Source: Sarea resinae
Taxonomy: Eukaryota
Assembly: GCA_026026165.1 (NCBI GenBank)
Contig: JAPEUD010000055.1
Coordinates: 62,001 to 126,000, forward strand
Length of the DNA stretch: 64,000 bases
Direction: 5' to 3'
This document shows positions 1 to 14,092 of the stretch, piece after piece. Within the stretch, counting starts at the first letter, position 1. Each line of letters opens with the position of its first letter. The notes under the pieces are model-generated. The model was given only the letters and a program-made list of their open reading frames with translations, made no database searches and had not been told where the DNA came from. The position numbers and the translations under genes were made by a program.

Positions 1-12
1 CTTAAGCTGAAC

Positions 13-36
13 ACGCGAATCCACGCTTCCACGCGT
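13..36 (+). promoter_or_regulatory. MCB-like elements (ACGCGA 13-18, ACGCGT 31-36) upstream of CTF18
   Basis: ACGCGT is the MluI cell-cycle box; it lies ~100 bp upstream of an S-phase gene ATG. Confidence 0.45.
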
Positions 37-136
37 ATACATCGCCCTCCATGATCAATCGGCAACGCCATCCAAGTCAACAGACCGATTTGGCACTTCT
101 CGACCACCATTGCAGCTTCATCATGCACCACTCGAC

Positions 137-3100
137 ATGACTTCCCCGTCCTCACCACCCTCGTTTCCATCTTCCTTCGACCCGGCCCTCCATCTCGAGA
201 ATGAAGACTTCCCACCACCGATAATCCTCACCTCAGAAAGCAACGCCGAAGAGCTCGAAGCCATCCGTCTGCAGCACGAGGAATCAATCGTTACGAAGAA
301 TCGACAAGGAACCGTCATCCAGCATCGAGCCTGGAAGCTCGGGGAAGCGTTTCGGAGCGAGGAGGATTATCACATAGGTTGGCTGCTCTGCACGCTGCTC
401 CAGGACGCATGGTCATTGGGTGTGCTAATCTGTATGGTTTCTAGATACACCTCTGTCCAAGCGCAGAAGAATTGACTCTGGCAAATCTCTATTTTCAACC
501 AGCTCGGATAATCTACCATCCTCTCCTCCTTCGTTCACCATGCCATCTGTTTCCTCGCCAGTGGCATACCCTCCCAGCTCCCCAACTTCGCATCCGGCCA
601 AGAAGACGGAGGAGTTGAGAAAGGCATATAATAAGCCCGAAAATGTCTCTACGAAGCCTCAGCAGAGGATGCTGGCTGGCTTTCTCATGGACGAAGAAGA
701 GGAGGACGGCAATGACGCTTTGGAATGGGCACAATTCGATGCAGTCACGGCCGCAGATCAAGCCCGATTGGGGCCGCCAAAGCAAGACACCTGCCCTGTT
801 GAATTGCCCAAACCGGTTCCTGGGTCGAAAGCGAAGTTGGGCGGTAGATTATCTCTCAAGATGGACTCGGTCTTCCGTTTACCGCCGGTCGTGGATGATC
901 CCCCACGTGTTGAGATCACCTCTTCATCAATCGGCCCAAGTTTCAAACGGAAGATAACTTCAATTCGGACTTGTTCTGGAAAGGCATTTCCTGTAACGAG
1001 CAAAACCGCGAAACCCATTATCCCTTTCGAGGAGCTCATTGCATCTCGGTCTACCGCTGCGCCTGGCCGAGCTAAGAAGAGCTATTACGGTATCGATATT
1101 CACCAGCTCCTGGACGAGGCAAAAGAGGCGGACAAAGTGGAAGCCGAGAGACTTCAGACGGAACCTAGGAGCCCTGTACCTTCCGTCGAGAGCAGGCCTC
1201 CTGCTCCAGCAACAACCAAAAGCGGGAGGACCTTGATGTGGACGGAAAAATACCGGGCTAAGAAGTTCACAGACCTGGTCGGAGATGAGCGAACGCATCG
1301 AACTGTTCTCCGGTGGCTGAAAGGCTGGGATCCGATTGTGTTTCCCCAGTCGGGAAAGCCAAAGAGAAACCCTAAAGCTACGGACGGCAATCCGGAAGAA
1401 AGACCACATCGAAAAATATTGCTTCTGACGGGGCCCCCAGGTCTTGGGAAGACGACGTTGGCGCACGTCTGTGCCAGGCAGGCCGGCTACGAGGTCCTGG
1501 AGATCAACGCCAGTGACGAGAGAAGCCGAGATGTTGTGAAAGGAAGAATCCGTGATAGTGTCGGGACCGAAAACGTAAAGGGTCTCGGCGAGAAGACAGC
1601 TAACGGCAAAGCCAGAAAAGCAAGCAGACCTGTTTGTGTCGTGGTAGACGAAGTAGATGGAGTTGTCGGTGGCGGTAGTGGCGGTGAAGGGGGCTTCGTC
1701 AAGGCTTTGATAGACCTGGTGATGCTGGACCAGAAGAACTCGAACGCTTTAAGTACTGCAAACCAGTCTACCGCGAGTAAACGAAAAAAGAAAGGAGACA
1801 ATTTCCGGCTACTTCGACCGCTGATTCTGATCTGCAATGATGTCTATCATCCGGCTCTCCGTCCCCTACGGCAATCCAGTCTGGCAGAAGTCGTCCACAT
1901 TCGAAAGCCTCCACTCAATATGGTTGTGGCGAGAGTAAAGACAATATTCGAAAAAGAAGGCTTTCTCTGTGACGGCGATGGGGTTAGACGACTTTGTGAA
2001 GCGACTTGGGGCATTAGTAGTCGGAAAGAGGCCCAGTCGAATACTAGTGGGAGCGGAGAAGGAGACATGAGAGGAGTTCTGGTCGTTGGAGAATGGGTGG
2101 CTGGACGACTACGAGCATTGTCCTCCTCGCTCGAGAAAGTGCGCCTTACGAGAAAATGGGTGGAGCAGAATGTCACCGGTGATCTGTCGCATGGCGGAGG
2201 AGCTGCGAGAGGACTTGGAAGGGGTGGAGCCAAAGAGGTTGCAGAGAGGGTTTTCCTCGAAGGCGCTGGCTTTCCGAAGCCAATCAATGCGGGCATTCCG
2301 GAAGGACTGAAGATCGGTGGTAAAGTCGGGGTAGCAGAGATGGGAAAGAAAATGGGCATGGATCGGCTGCGGGAGATGGCTGATACGAGTGGAGAGTTCG
2401 ACCGAGTGATTGCCGGTAAGTTATTTGCTCGTCGCATATGCAGATGATGTTGACGGTTGTAGATTGCTTCGCGACTTATCCAACGCAGCCCTTTCAAGAC
2501 GACACAATTCTGTCCAAGCCCAATGCGGCCTATGACTGGCTGCATTTCCACGACCTGCTCTCGTCCAAGGTCTTCAGCAACCAGGAATGGGAACTCGGTG
2601 GCTATCTCAGTCAGTCCGTCCTGGCCTTCCACGACCTTTTCGCGTCTCCAATACGCCATTCGTGGAGCACGGGCTACGAACAGAAGAGGGTCGGAGAAGA
2701 AGAGATCGAGGAGCCAGCGCCGTTCACGGGTCTCAGGGCCGAGTTCCAAGCCCGCGAGGCCGAGAAACACAACCGAGCGACGCTGCTGGAACTTCAATCG
2801 GCGCTGTCAATCTCACTGCTGCGCTCGTTCCGCTCTCCGGAAGACATAGCCGTCGAGCTGCTCCCGTACCTGATGAGTCTGCTGACGCCAGACGTCAAGC
2901 CCGTCATCGTCGGCGGCAGCGGCGGCGGCACCAGTGGCGGCGACCTGCAGCGGAGCGTGGCCAGCGTACGGCGCGAATCCGAACGCGCCATGGTGCGGCG
3001 CGCCGTGGACGTCATGAACGCCGTCGGCGTGTCTTTTCAGCACACCCGCGTCGAGACCGAATCTGGCGGCGGCGGCCGTCATGCAGGATTTGTATATCGC

Positions 3101-3856
3101 ATGGAACCGTGAGTTTTTCTCTTTTCTTACATTCGCATCAAAGATATCCTGATGATGTTTAATTACGGAAAAGCATTTCGAGTCTAACAGCTTTTTTCGG
3201 TTCTTGTTAGGGCGCTCGACATGCTCGCCACATATGAGACTGCATCCTCTTCTTCTTCCTCTGTGCCAACGACAACGACCAGCCATACCACGTCCTCCCT
3301 GCCGCCCGTCCGCTACGCCGTGCGTCAGGTCCTCGATCAAGAATACCAGAAAGCAATCCTCCAACGCCGCGCCGATGCGCGACAGGCTCGATACAAAGCC
3401 GGCGCATCCGCATCCCTCGACGGCGAAGGCGAAGAGCACGGGAAAGAGAAAGCTCTGGCGAAACAGCGGCAGAAGGGGGGCCCGGGCCTCCACGGCAGTG
3501 TCCAGAACGAGAGAGAGAGAATAGGTCGGTTCGCAGCGGGCGTCAAGCGCGATTTCTTCGGCCGCGTCATCGTCAACGAAGCCGTTCGCCCCCCTTCTGC
3601 CCCATCTCATGGCGGTGACAGCAGCGACAGCAACAACGAAGAAGAAGACAACAACGATAACACCAACGGGGGTGGCTCGGAAGCGAAGAAAAGAAAAAGA
3701 AGAAGGGCAGCCGAAGAGAAACAGAAAGAGGGGCACGGGCATAAGGACGGAGACGACGCCAAGGCAAACCCCAAGGTCTGGGTTAGTTTCCACGAGGGCT
3801 TTTCGAACGCGGTCAGGAAGCCGATTTCGTTGGCCGAGTTGTTGGCTGGTCTGTAG
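137..3856 (+). CDS. CTF18: Chromosome transmission fidelity protein 18 (RFC-like clamp loader large subunit), 4 exons
   Basis: WTEKYRAKKFTDL, Walker A GPPGLGKTT, EINASDER, Walker B VVVDEVDG, RPLILICND, C-terminal VWVSFHEGFSNAVRKPI. Predicted introns 378-444, 2416-2462 and 3109-3210 (GT..AG) join ORFs 110/540/2438/3221 in frame. Confidence 0.95.
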
Positions 3857-4402
3857 CTTGGGTTGATCAACGGATGGTTGGGTGGATGGATGGGTAAAGG
3901 GGTGGATGGACGGGTGGTATGTATGACGTAGGGTAGGGGTAGGAAGCTGGAGCCGGGGGAAAGGGGGGGGGGGTGTGAGATTGGTCGAGTGTGTATATTT
4001 GGCTTGGCTTGGCTTGGCTTAACTTGGCTTAATTGCTTGGCTGCTTGAATGGCGTTTTCGAGGGGGAGCGGGGGGAAACGGGACGGGGTAAAGTAATGGA
4101 AATGGAAATCAACATCAACATCAACATCCACATCAACATCAAGACGCAGATTTCAACTCACTCAGCACAAACCCATGCCATGCTATGCCTCGTCATGTCC
4201 TCTGCAAAAAACCCGAAAGTCCTGAAACTCTTGCCAGAAACAAAAAAAAGAAAAGAAAAGATAAGAACAAAACCAAACCATCCCAAACAAAAAAAAAAAA
4301 AAGAACGAAATGAAGGAATCAAAAGCCAACCGAGAAAAAAAGGGTCGAAATTCGAAAGTGCCAATCTCGGTACATCTTCACCTGATTTTGGGTGTTTTAG
4401 AT

Positions 4403-4405
<3 letters not shown>

Positions 4406-4439
<34 letters not shown>
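4406..4439. repeat. (CT)n microsatellite within an SSR-rich convergent intergenic region (also (GGCTT)n, (AACATC)n, poly-A/G at 3860-4440)
   Basis: Direct reading of the sequence. Confidence 0.95.
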
Positions 4440-4441
<2 letters not shown>

Positions 4442-5230
4442 GGTGCCAGAATCTATCTGCCTTGAAGAATGTACATGTAAATGTATACATTGATAGAGGT
4501 ATAGATATCTACGGCTGGAGATAAAAGTTATTTACGCATGCCTTGCCTGCCTCTCCGACTCCGTCTTCCTCTTAGTCTTCTTTTTCATTTTCCTCGTCAC
4601 CGGATCCCCATCAAAGAAAGAATGCCCACGAACGCCTAACACGCCCCACCCCACCGCCTGCCCATCCAACAGACGACATCAAACGCCATCCCAACCCATC
4701 GGCGCGACAAGTCACCAAGGTTCTCGAGCCGCTCAATCGAGGCCATGTCCATGCTTAAAAGGCGCCTCGGCGACGCATCTCTTCAGCGGGCTTATTGCAC
4801 CCGTGTCTGGCCTGACAATCGGCTAGCCGTTTGCGGCGGCTTTTGCGGCGCAGGTTGATTCGATGTCCGAGACTGGCGGACGGACTGCTGTTATCATAAA
4901 CCTGAGGTTGATACTTCTATTCCGTTTCTTTCGCACAGGGGCACTTGATACGCGTATATTACTTTCGCTAGATGGACTGTAGCAGTCGCCTTGGCGGCTC
5001 GTTTTTCTTACGCTGCCAAAAGGCCTTCTCGGGCTCGGGATGCACATTTCCCGGTTCTTTCTTAGTAATCTTCAAAAACCCATATTTGATGGATGATTAT
5101 GACCGTGGGTTTTCGGGAAGACTTTAATGGCTGCAGCTGGGTCAGAAACACCAGGGCGGACAATGGCTATGATAAACACGGCCACGAATCATAAATCAAA
5201 CCCAATCACGAGTTCGGAAATTCACAATGA

Positions 5231-7879
5231 TCAAACCTGCTGGCTCAAGAGCGCGACCCATGACTTGATGGGCTCGTCCGGCTCGTCCAGGCTGGCGCGA
5301 TGCTGCAGGATATGCAACATGTGCTGGACGTCTGAGCGGGCACGGATAAAAATTGGGTGGTTGGAGGTGTCGGTGGTACTAGTGGAGGAGGAGGTGGAGT
5401 TGGTAGAGGTGGCGGGGACCTTGTGGATGTCTTCGCTGGGAGATTGGGGAGTGCGATTCTGGAGTGGCATCTGGGAGGCGACTTTCAGGAGACGGGCAAC
5501 CGTGAGCTGTGCGTGCGTGGCATGATCTTGTCAGTGGTTGCCTGATGCTGATCGACTGGGTTGTAGTGTAGTGTAGTATAATAGCAAGTGGCAGGAAAAT
5601 GATGAAACAAATAAACAAGGAGACTCACGGTTTCCATGACGGCACGATGCTGAAAGACCCACCAGATAGTCGACTCGCTCTCGAAGAGCCGGTACATGAG
5701 AAAGTACGAATTGATAGCATGATGGGCGGCGTCGAGCTGATCGATGATGCTGGAGAGGGGGCTCCCGTCGACCTGATGCTGGTGCTCCGGCCCGTCATCC
5801 TGATGCAGCAGCATCAGCGAGTGGAAGTAGTTGCTCGTCAGAAATAGCGTCTGCAGCACGGAGCGCTTGTCGTGGACGGCACGCGCGCAGAGCGACTCGT
5901 CGTCCCAGTCCCGGAACTGCGCCGGGAAAGAGGCGTAGAGCGAGCCGAATTCGGCGACGAGCTTGGCCTTGTGGCGCGCCGAGTGCGAGATCGGCAGGCC
6001 GAGACTGCGGGCCGTGCAGAGGGTCGATTGAACCAGGTCGGCGAGCCGCCACGCCACCTTGATGAACATGATGTCAGAGCTGTCGTCGTCATCGTCGACG
6101 CCGAGATCTTCGACGCGGACGTCCGTGTGCGTCGTGGAGGGAGGGAGGTTCAGGAGGACGGTCAGGAAGGTATCTTGATAATGGACGGCTTGCCAGAGCT
6201 TCAGCCGTTGCGTGATCTCTTCGGCGGTAATTGATGGGGAGATGATATGTGGATCTCGATGGAGACCTAGAGCGTAGGCCTGCCGGACGACGATACCGGC
6301 TACCGAGTAGGCGTCGAGGGCATGATTGTCGTTCATGAGAAAATAGATGACGAGAAGTAGGGCCTGGATGGAGCGTATCGAGGCTGGGAAACTTTTAATA
6401 AATGCCGAATAACATCGATCGAGCACGTCTACCTTTGTTCAAATATGAAAACATTATCAAGGCTTGGTTGGACGCGGATGCTAGAGACTATGAGCGGATA
6501 TCTACGACACGTCAAATGAAGGGCAAATCTAACCATAAAATTCAGCAGTCTGGGCACGCTCCTTCTTCGATGGAAGTTTGATAAATTGCGTGCCCATGGC
6601 CAAGATGGCGAACATGAGAGCGACCAGCGCCGGGTCGGCCTTTTCCCTCTCGGAGGGAGGTGAAGCCCAGAAGTGCTCATAGTCGGCGCGAAACGTTTCC
6701 TTGTGAATCATGGGGTATACGGGATCGACAGAATCAAAGTATTTGGAAAGTAAGCTGGCTAAATTGTCAGCCACGCACCCAGAATGACAAGGGACCAGCC
6801 AAAGAGATCGCATCTCGGAGATAACGAGAACATTTCCCTGGTTCAATGCAGACATCGAAGAGAAGGGCAAACGACAATACTGACATGTCTGACTGATCTT
6901 TACTCGGCAAGACCGACACCACTTCAGCTAGACCGCCCTGACAGGTCCAATAGTTGGAGAAAGGATGGCGCGACCCAATGCCCAGCGGATTGGAAGCATT
7001 CTTCTGGGCACTTGGCATAGATGCCAGCAGAAAAGGAAACGCCGTCTCCCGATCTCGAGCACGCATGCTCTCTCGACCCTACGCAACTATCAGCAGGGGT
7101 CAACTCAGGCGGTAAATATTCGGGGTCATCTACTGGACTGAGCAGCTTTTCGGCCGTTTGACTTCGTTTCCGAATTGGGGCCACGAATGATTGCGTCTTC
7201 TCGCGATAGGTCCGGCTTCGTTCCCTGAACAGGTGTCAGCGCCGGAACGATACCTCGTGCAGGGCGACGGAAATGATGTTCACACATCGGGAACAGGCAT
7301 GACGACTTGCAGAAAGGGAAAGGGGGTTTCTAATTTCGTACTCGAAGAGATGCGCAACCTGCGCATATTCACAGCCGGTACGCCGTTTGGCGCAAGCACA
7401 ACAGCTGCAGGCACGATTAGTCTCAGATCGCCATGCAATGCACGTACGCAATAGCAGCAATGGAAGGAGCCCATCTCACGTCGGACGAGCACGATCGCAC
7501 TTGGGAATCGCATTAGCCACAATCGCCGATGCAAGATATCGGCGGCATGCACGGATCAGCTCCAGGCACGTACCTTGGTCTTTCGATTTACGCATTCCCG
7601 GCAATTGAGGGTGGGCTTGTTGCGCTTCTGCTTCTTGCGGGGAAGATCCTGGTCGGCGACGGGCCGTCCAGGGTCATTGTTGTCGTCGTTATTGTTGGTG
7701 GTGGTGTTGTTGTTGTTGTTGTTGTTGTTGCTGTTGTCATTGACGCTCTCGCTACCGCTAAGATCGTCGACACTGCCACGATGCCCATCATGGCCGGTGC
7801 CAACGGTGCCAACGGTGCCGCTACTGGAACGGCGTCGAAGGCTGCCATTTGTGGCCGAGATGGAGGAATGCTCGGACAT
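5231..7879 (-). CDS. Zn(II)2Cys6 transcription factor with fungal-specific TF middle homology domain, multi-exon
   Basis: Spliced CRECVNRKTK|CDRARPT|CCACAKRRTGC gives the C-x2-C-x6-C-x6-C-x2-C-x6-C cluster. YFDSVDPVYPMIH, AYALGLHRDP and RLKLWQAV are typical Fungal_trans motifs. The N-terminus has a poly-Asn tract. The last exon is inferred to end at 5231. Confidence 0.9.
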
Positions 7880-8859
7880 GGTTCGGCTGTTGCACCGACG
7901 TTGACGTTGACGTGGGGGCCTTGGCTGTGAGTGATGGATATAAGGCAAGCCGATCAGGTCAGAATCAGGTAATCACCCTTAGGGTCTGCATACTCGAGTA
8001 TTAGGAGAGCAGATCTCCCTATTGCCGTGTGCCGTGTGCCGTGTGCCGTGTATTGTGTATTGTGCGGTGCTTGGTGCTCTGCACTCTGCCGCGTGCCATC
8101 CATGCCGGTCAGAGCCTGTCACCGCTGGACGGACGCGTGTACGACCTCCAGGGAGGTCAAGTCTTACACTATGCAATGTGGAGTACTCGGGTAAGCCGTA
8201 TCATTTGATATTCGTTGCTTCTGCGTCAGATGGCGGGGAACAGCGCGGGAATAACGGACGACGTGAGACGAGACGAGACGACACCACACGACACGACACC
8301 AGAGATGAAACGACCGAGGGCGCTGGAGAGCAGGTGCCCCGCCGCTTACGTCATCCACCACTGTGCCGCAACAACCTCCAGCTCTCTCACTCATCCAATA
8401 CTCCAATACTCGAGGTGCGCAGTACGAATACCGTCTACGAGTACGAGTACAGCAACGTGAATGTTGATAAGGGCGACTCGCCATCGATTCACCGTCAGAA
8501 GAGCATCTGTGCAAGAGTGAAACAAAACCATCTCGTTGGCGCCATCGCTATGCTTCCAGTGTCTGCCAGTCTCAAGACGGCCGAGGATACCGCCCATGCT
8601 CTCCCATGCTCTCCGACGTGACCAAGCCCACGAATCCAGATGTACGCCGTGAACCCTGTTGACCATCATAACCTCCAACCTGACCATTTACATGTCCTTG
8701 CAATCGACAAAGAGAAACTAAACCCAAATCGTATATCATGTGCCACGCGGCTGCTGGGTCCCTTCCACGGGGGTATACATATCCTAAAGTATCACATCAT
8801 GGCTCAGATCCGCAGAAAAGCTCGGTCTTTCAGATCGAATTTCATGGCGGGAGATTGAG

Positions 8860-9094
8860 TCACCCTGCCTTGCGTCTCCAGCGTTCGTTCTCTAATCTAG
8901 CCCTTGTCTCGTTCTCGATATGGGCCGATTGCTCGTGATCCTTCTCTTCCTGCTGCTCTTCGTGCTGCTTATCCTCTTCCTCTTCTACCTTGCTCAATCC
9001 TTCTATTTCTTCTGCTTCGCTCAACCCCGACCCTTCTTCGGCTTCGTCGTCACCGCTGTCATTTCCGTCGTCGTCGTCGTCTTCTTCTTCTTCT

Positions 9095-9125
<31 letters not shown>

Positions 9126-11518
9126 TTTCTTCTCGGCTGTCTTCGGTCGCATTCGCTGGATCTCGTTTAGAAGTGGTATCGCTCCCGCTCTCTTCAGCCC
9201 CCTCTTGCTCGCGCTGCTCTCTTATCCTGCGCCTTTTCGCCCTTCGGGACTGGTTCCTCATGTACCTCTCTAGGCTTTCACAGAGTCTATCCAATACCCA
9301 TTCGGCTTCTGGGATGTCGGCCAACATCGGGCTATCTTCGCCGATCCAGTCCCAATCGATCAAGCCATGCTCTTCTTCTTCAGCTTCCAGCTCCTCGGGG
9401 CTTTTTGAAGTAAACTTGATCAGCCGTGAAAACTCTACCCACTCTTCATAATTATACTTCCGTGGCGGCTTGGTCTTGAGATCGTTAGCCGTTCGACGAA
9501 TTGCTAATCCCAATTGCCGGGCAAGTGCGTGCTCATCCGGTTCTTCGGCGAGCTCCCTCAGAGATGGAGCGCCGGCAACATTCTCATCCATGCCGGTCTG
9601 AAACCCTTCTTCAATTCGCTGCTCGGCAGCTTTCTTCTCCGCCCGTTGCTGGAGGTATTTCACTAGCCAAGGCATCTTGTCGAGGAATTCTCGCCAAAGA
9701 CCGGCTCTGGGTAAGACGGTCCACTCGGCAATGGCAGACGTACCGCGTTTGAAAGAGCCGACGACGGTGTCGCCCATATCGCCGATGAGGATTGTCATCG
9801 TTGGAACGGCGACGAGACTCCATACGACGAAGAAGGGCTTGCCCGCATTTGACTTGGGTGCAAAGTCACCGTAGCCAATGGTGAGAAGAGAAACGTAGCA
9901 GAAATACAGAGCCTCGAAATATGACATGCCTTGCTGCCGGTGCTCGACTTTCCAGAAGACTACCGCCCCTACGCACCAAAGAATTCCGAATGCAGTCACA
10001 CTCATGCTCAACGCCAGCCAGCGCTTGAATTTCTGAGTAGAATACTGAATCTTCCGCATTGCCAGGAATCGGTCCTTCTCTTCCGTGAGGAGCATCAACT
10101 TGAGCTTCTTCGCTCCCCTAAAGCGTCGTCCAATCATTGACGCGGCTGAGTCTCTTCGACGAGCTGCGTAATCTGGTCGCTTGGAACGCAACTCCTTGTC
10201 ATGCCCATGCTGATGAGTGTGAAATGTTATCGTTCGATCCTGGAGGGAGACCGGAGCTGAGATGACCGGGAAACGTCCGTCTGGCAGGCGGGATTGCTGT
10301 TTGAGTTCCGAAAGCTCCACTGAGCTAGATATTGTTCGCTCTACCGTTTGCGACCGTTTTCTCTCGACGTGCTTTCGGACGATCGTGTCTCTTCCAAGCT
10401 CGAGCGAGAACGAGTGAATACTGCTGACCATCAAACCTAATATGACGATGCCGCCAAGGGAGTAAGGGAAGACCAGGCCTCTGCCAGCGTCATTCGGAGA
10501 GTAGAAGTCTCCAAATCCGACTGTGAGAATCGTCACGTCGCAGAAGTAGAGAGCATCGACGAAGTCCCAATGACAGACAGAGCTGAAAATGCCGCCGCCA
10601 CCAGCCAGCCAAATGAAGAAAAGCATTGTCTGAAGTATTAGCGTTCGCTGGTGATCTGTCAAGGCGAAGTGCTGGGGATAATGTCCAAGAAAGTATCCCA
10701 GCATGTTGATCATCAACATCATGGAACTTATGAGATAGATGACAGCTGCTATCACAGCATACCAGAATCCCTGAGAGTAGGTCTGTTGCGGCCGGACCGG
10801 ACCGATGTAGGCATCCATACAAGCCGTGATAGTGATGAGCTGTTGTACAATTTGTAAGCGGAGAAGTGCCAGAAAGATCATTTGGAATCAGTGTTGAGGG
10901 TCCATGAAAGAGACTCACTATTCCCGCAGCAAGATACCAAAGAAGAATCGTCGCCGGCAGCGCGATGATGTACCGTATCCTCTGGGTGAAATTGAAGAGT
11001 AAGAAGATGTTTCCAGCGAACCCACAGGCAAGGGACGCGGCATTGAGGTCAATCGCCCTGTGGAATTAGCCGTTGTATGTCCTTCAATGCCCAATCCACA
11101 TACCATTGCGGATCCTGGATAGGTAAACCCTCGTCATCAGGTCCGTTTCCACCATCTGGCAAGGTCGATCTCCAGTGTGTGATCAGCGCGGCAATCGAAA
11201 GTACGTTGGCAAGAGGTCCCGTGGTGGCGGCAATCAGTGGAATAGCCGTTGATGCGAATGACCAGTCTCTACCATTCCAGAACACCGTCAGAGATCGATC
11301 GAGTCGAAAAGGTCATGTGCAAGGCCGGAGAGTGGTCTGTCTACTCACTGCGATTCATCGTCCTGGGGCGGTCTCATGCGAAATACAGGACGGTGGGGGT
11401 GCTTGACGGATATTTGAATATGCTTGGATCCATTTTCGGCGTAGGTCCTCCTGCTTGAACTGTCCCGGGAGTCGCTGTGTTTTGCGACGCTCGGAGGTTC
11501 CAAGACGGACGGTTCCAT
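8860..11518 (-). CDS. TOK1-type two-pore-domain outward-rectifier potassium channel, multi-exon
   Basis: Two pore loops (TVGFGD, TIGYGD), N-terminal DWSFASTAIPLIAATTGPLANVLSIAAL, multiple TM helices, acidic (GAA)n-encoded C-tail. Start ATG inferred at 11518. Confidence 0.92.
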
Positions 11519-12419
11519 TTTCGTTAGGGACGAATTGATGAGGCAGAACTTTCCATCATGTGGTCTGGTGAGAGGTTTCGAGATTCAAGCTTTACGCTTC
11601 GACCTATATAGATGGAATCGCCAAAATAAAGGAGATAATGGAGAATACTCTAACATGATAATAAGACGAGAAAGTTGTCGCAGAGGCTTGAACGAGAAAG
11701 AAGAGTAGAGGAATGGGACGATGGCAAATAAGGTAGGAAGGCAGTCGTTGGCGAGAGGCGGCTACTGAGCGACGGCGTAAATCTAGACGGCCATTTCCCT
11801 GCGCCGATCCTGGACTTGGGCTGCGGCTGCCCGCTGAGGAATGATGACGACTTCAGGGCATGAACAACCAAGAATGACGCTGGCTCGGGGGATATTGGGG
11901 ATGTTGAGGATATTGGGGAGATGAGCAGCAGCATCTCCTGTCGCTATCATCTACCTTACGGATAGGCATCAAATCCATTCCTTCTCCAGTACTGATCGGT
12001 ACCTTGCTTGCGTCTTCCTTGGCTGCATGCGACCTTTCCCTGACCACGACAAGTACGAAGTAGTGTCGAAGTACCACCCGTCACCACGCGGGGAAAATAG
12101 CCCATCCACGTAGCGCGACCACATGGTAAGGTAAGGTACCTTCGATATGGCTAACACCACACCCCGCGGCGGCCGTGCGTGCTGGTGGATCAATCCGTAT
12201 ATACGATTCTTTTCGCGCTTTCGAGACTTGATCGATCGCATGAGAGTGGAAAGTGATTGGATTCGACGCAGCAAGGCCCGCATGTCTATTATGCCGTTCT
12301 ACCGAATACATGCTAGTGCGGAAAAGAAAGAGCCTGCCAAAGACCAAAGCGCTGGAATAGAAAGAAGTAGACTCATGATATTACACCCACCAACCACCAA
12401 AGGGAGAACGCCGGCCCGG

Positions 12420-14092
12420 CTACTGTGCCAGCTGCTGATCTCGTCGAGAGACATCTTGCATCTCCTTGAGCATCACCTCATTGAACTGCTCGTAGCCCTC
12501 TAGATAGAGATGATGACCGGCCCTCTTGATGATGACCACCTTGGCTGATCCCGTATCCGCTTTCCTCTCTTGCTCCGTCGCGTTCTGTAGAGCAACCTCT
12601 TTGGCTTCCTTGAGCTTCTGTTCCGCGGCATACCCGCCGGCGATGTCCATCCAGTCGTTCTCCCCATACATCAGGACAACAGGAACGCCGTGTTCGCGTC
12701 GTTTCTCCGCGAGAGCGACACTACTCGTCGAAGTACCCTCGGGCGAGATGAGCTGCCGGCCGACTCCACCGATCCGTCTGATCAGCGGGCTTCTCGCAAA
12801 TGCTCCGGGTGCGAGGATATAAGCTAGCGCATATTCGCCACTTCCACGTTGCTTGAACAGCGAATAGGAGTAATCATGCAGCGCCTGCGCTTCTTCTGGA
12901 GGGAGATGGCCAAATCTTCTAGATGTCCAGCCAGAAACGAATCTGGGCCCGAGTGGGCCGGCCCATCGGACTATGCTGAACGGGGAGATATTGGCATCCC
13001 AAAGGTACACCAGCCACTTTGGTAACGGCCGCCGCGGTGCACTGGGCGTATTTTTATCTTTTGCTTGCCCGACGTCGCTATCACGCTCGGCTTTCGTGCG
13101 CGCCTGTAGAAGGTTGTTCTTGTCACCGACCTTGTCTGATTCGACGATTTTGGGATTGGACTTGTTGACGACATCGCCTTCATCCTGGCTAAATTCGTTC
13201 TGCAAAGCCGACGAGTCCGGTTCTGGCATATCAGCTCTGACGGCATACGGGTCTTCGGGAATGCCAACAGGTGAGGCAAGGATAAGTTTGTTGAGATGAC
13301 CCGGATATTTGAGCGCATAGGCCACTGCCATATACCCGCCCATACTATGACCCATCAGGGTAAAGCGATCTATTTGTTTCTTGATTCTCCACTCCTCGAG
13401 AGCATCGATAAACCAATTTTCCGCTTCTGTTATTTTTCCAGTGGGATCTTTTGCGTGGACCCTGAAAGGTGGACGACTTGACCTTCCCATACCCAGCATG
13501 TCTAGGGCGTAAAGTTTCCAGCCTTTCAATCGGCTAAGACCCTCAAAATTCTTGTAGAAGAAACCTAAGCCTGCACCGTATCCGTGTAACATCACCAGAT
13601 TTTGTTCGACATCTTCTCCAATGCGCTCCACGGAAAACTCATTCAAGGCGCGGCTTTTACCGCTCAACTGAACCAGATCCGAACGCCACATCCTGGGTCC
13701 ATACGGGTCTGTATTGGTATTGGTCGTCACTGGCGTAGCCATGTGAGAGCTATCATCCTCAATCTTGTTGGGCTCATCCGGCGACGGAGGAGCGGAGCCA
13801 GTCTGGGTGTGGGTTGGAGGTTGCTTCAAGTACGGAACATAGGAAAGAACGGTATGCTCTGCCGCAGCTGCAGGAACACTGGCCCACTGGAAAGAATGAG
13901 CAGGAGTCTTAAGATCGTCGCGGAAATACCTACCCATTGGCTGAAACCAGCCTTGTAGCCTAGAGGAAAGAATCCATTCGATTTCGCGGGCTTGCTACTC
14001 GCAGCCGATTCTGCCCTCTTCGCAGCCAGCACACTCTGCTGACTTTGGGCTCTCAAGTCATCCTGGCTACCTGCCGCTTCTGAGGTAGACAT
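12420..14092 (-). CDS. Alpha/beta hydrolase, CLD1/ICT1/ABHD4-5 (CGI-58) family lipid hydrolase/acyltransferase
   Basis: LVMLHGYGAG, DMLGMGRSSRP, nucleophile elbow GHSMGG, C-terminal AGHHLYLE. One intron near 13880-13933. The start could lie further upstream (frame open to 14323). Confidence 0.88.

Noticed and set aside
1847..3793. Long minus-strand ORFs (316 aa and 326 aa)
   Set aside because: Antisense shadows of GC-rich CTF18 exons with no motifs of their own.
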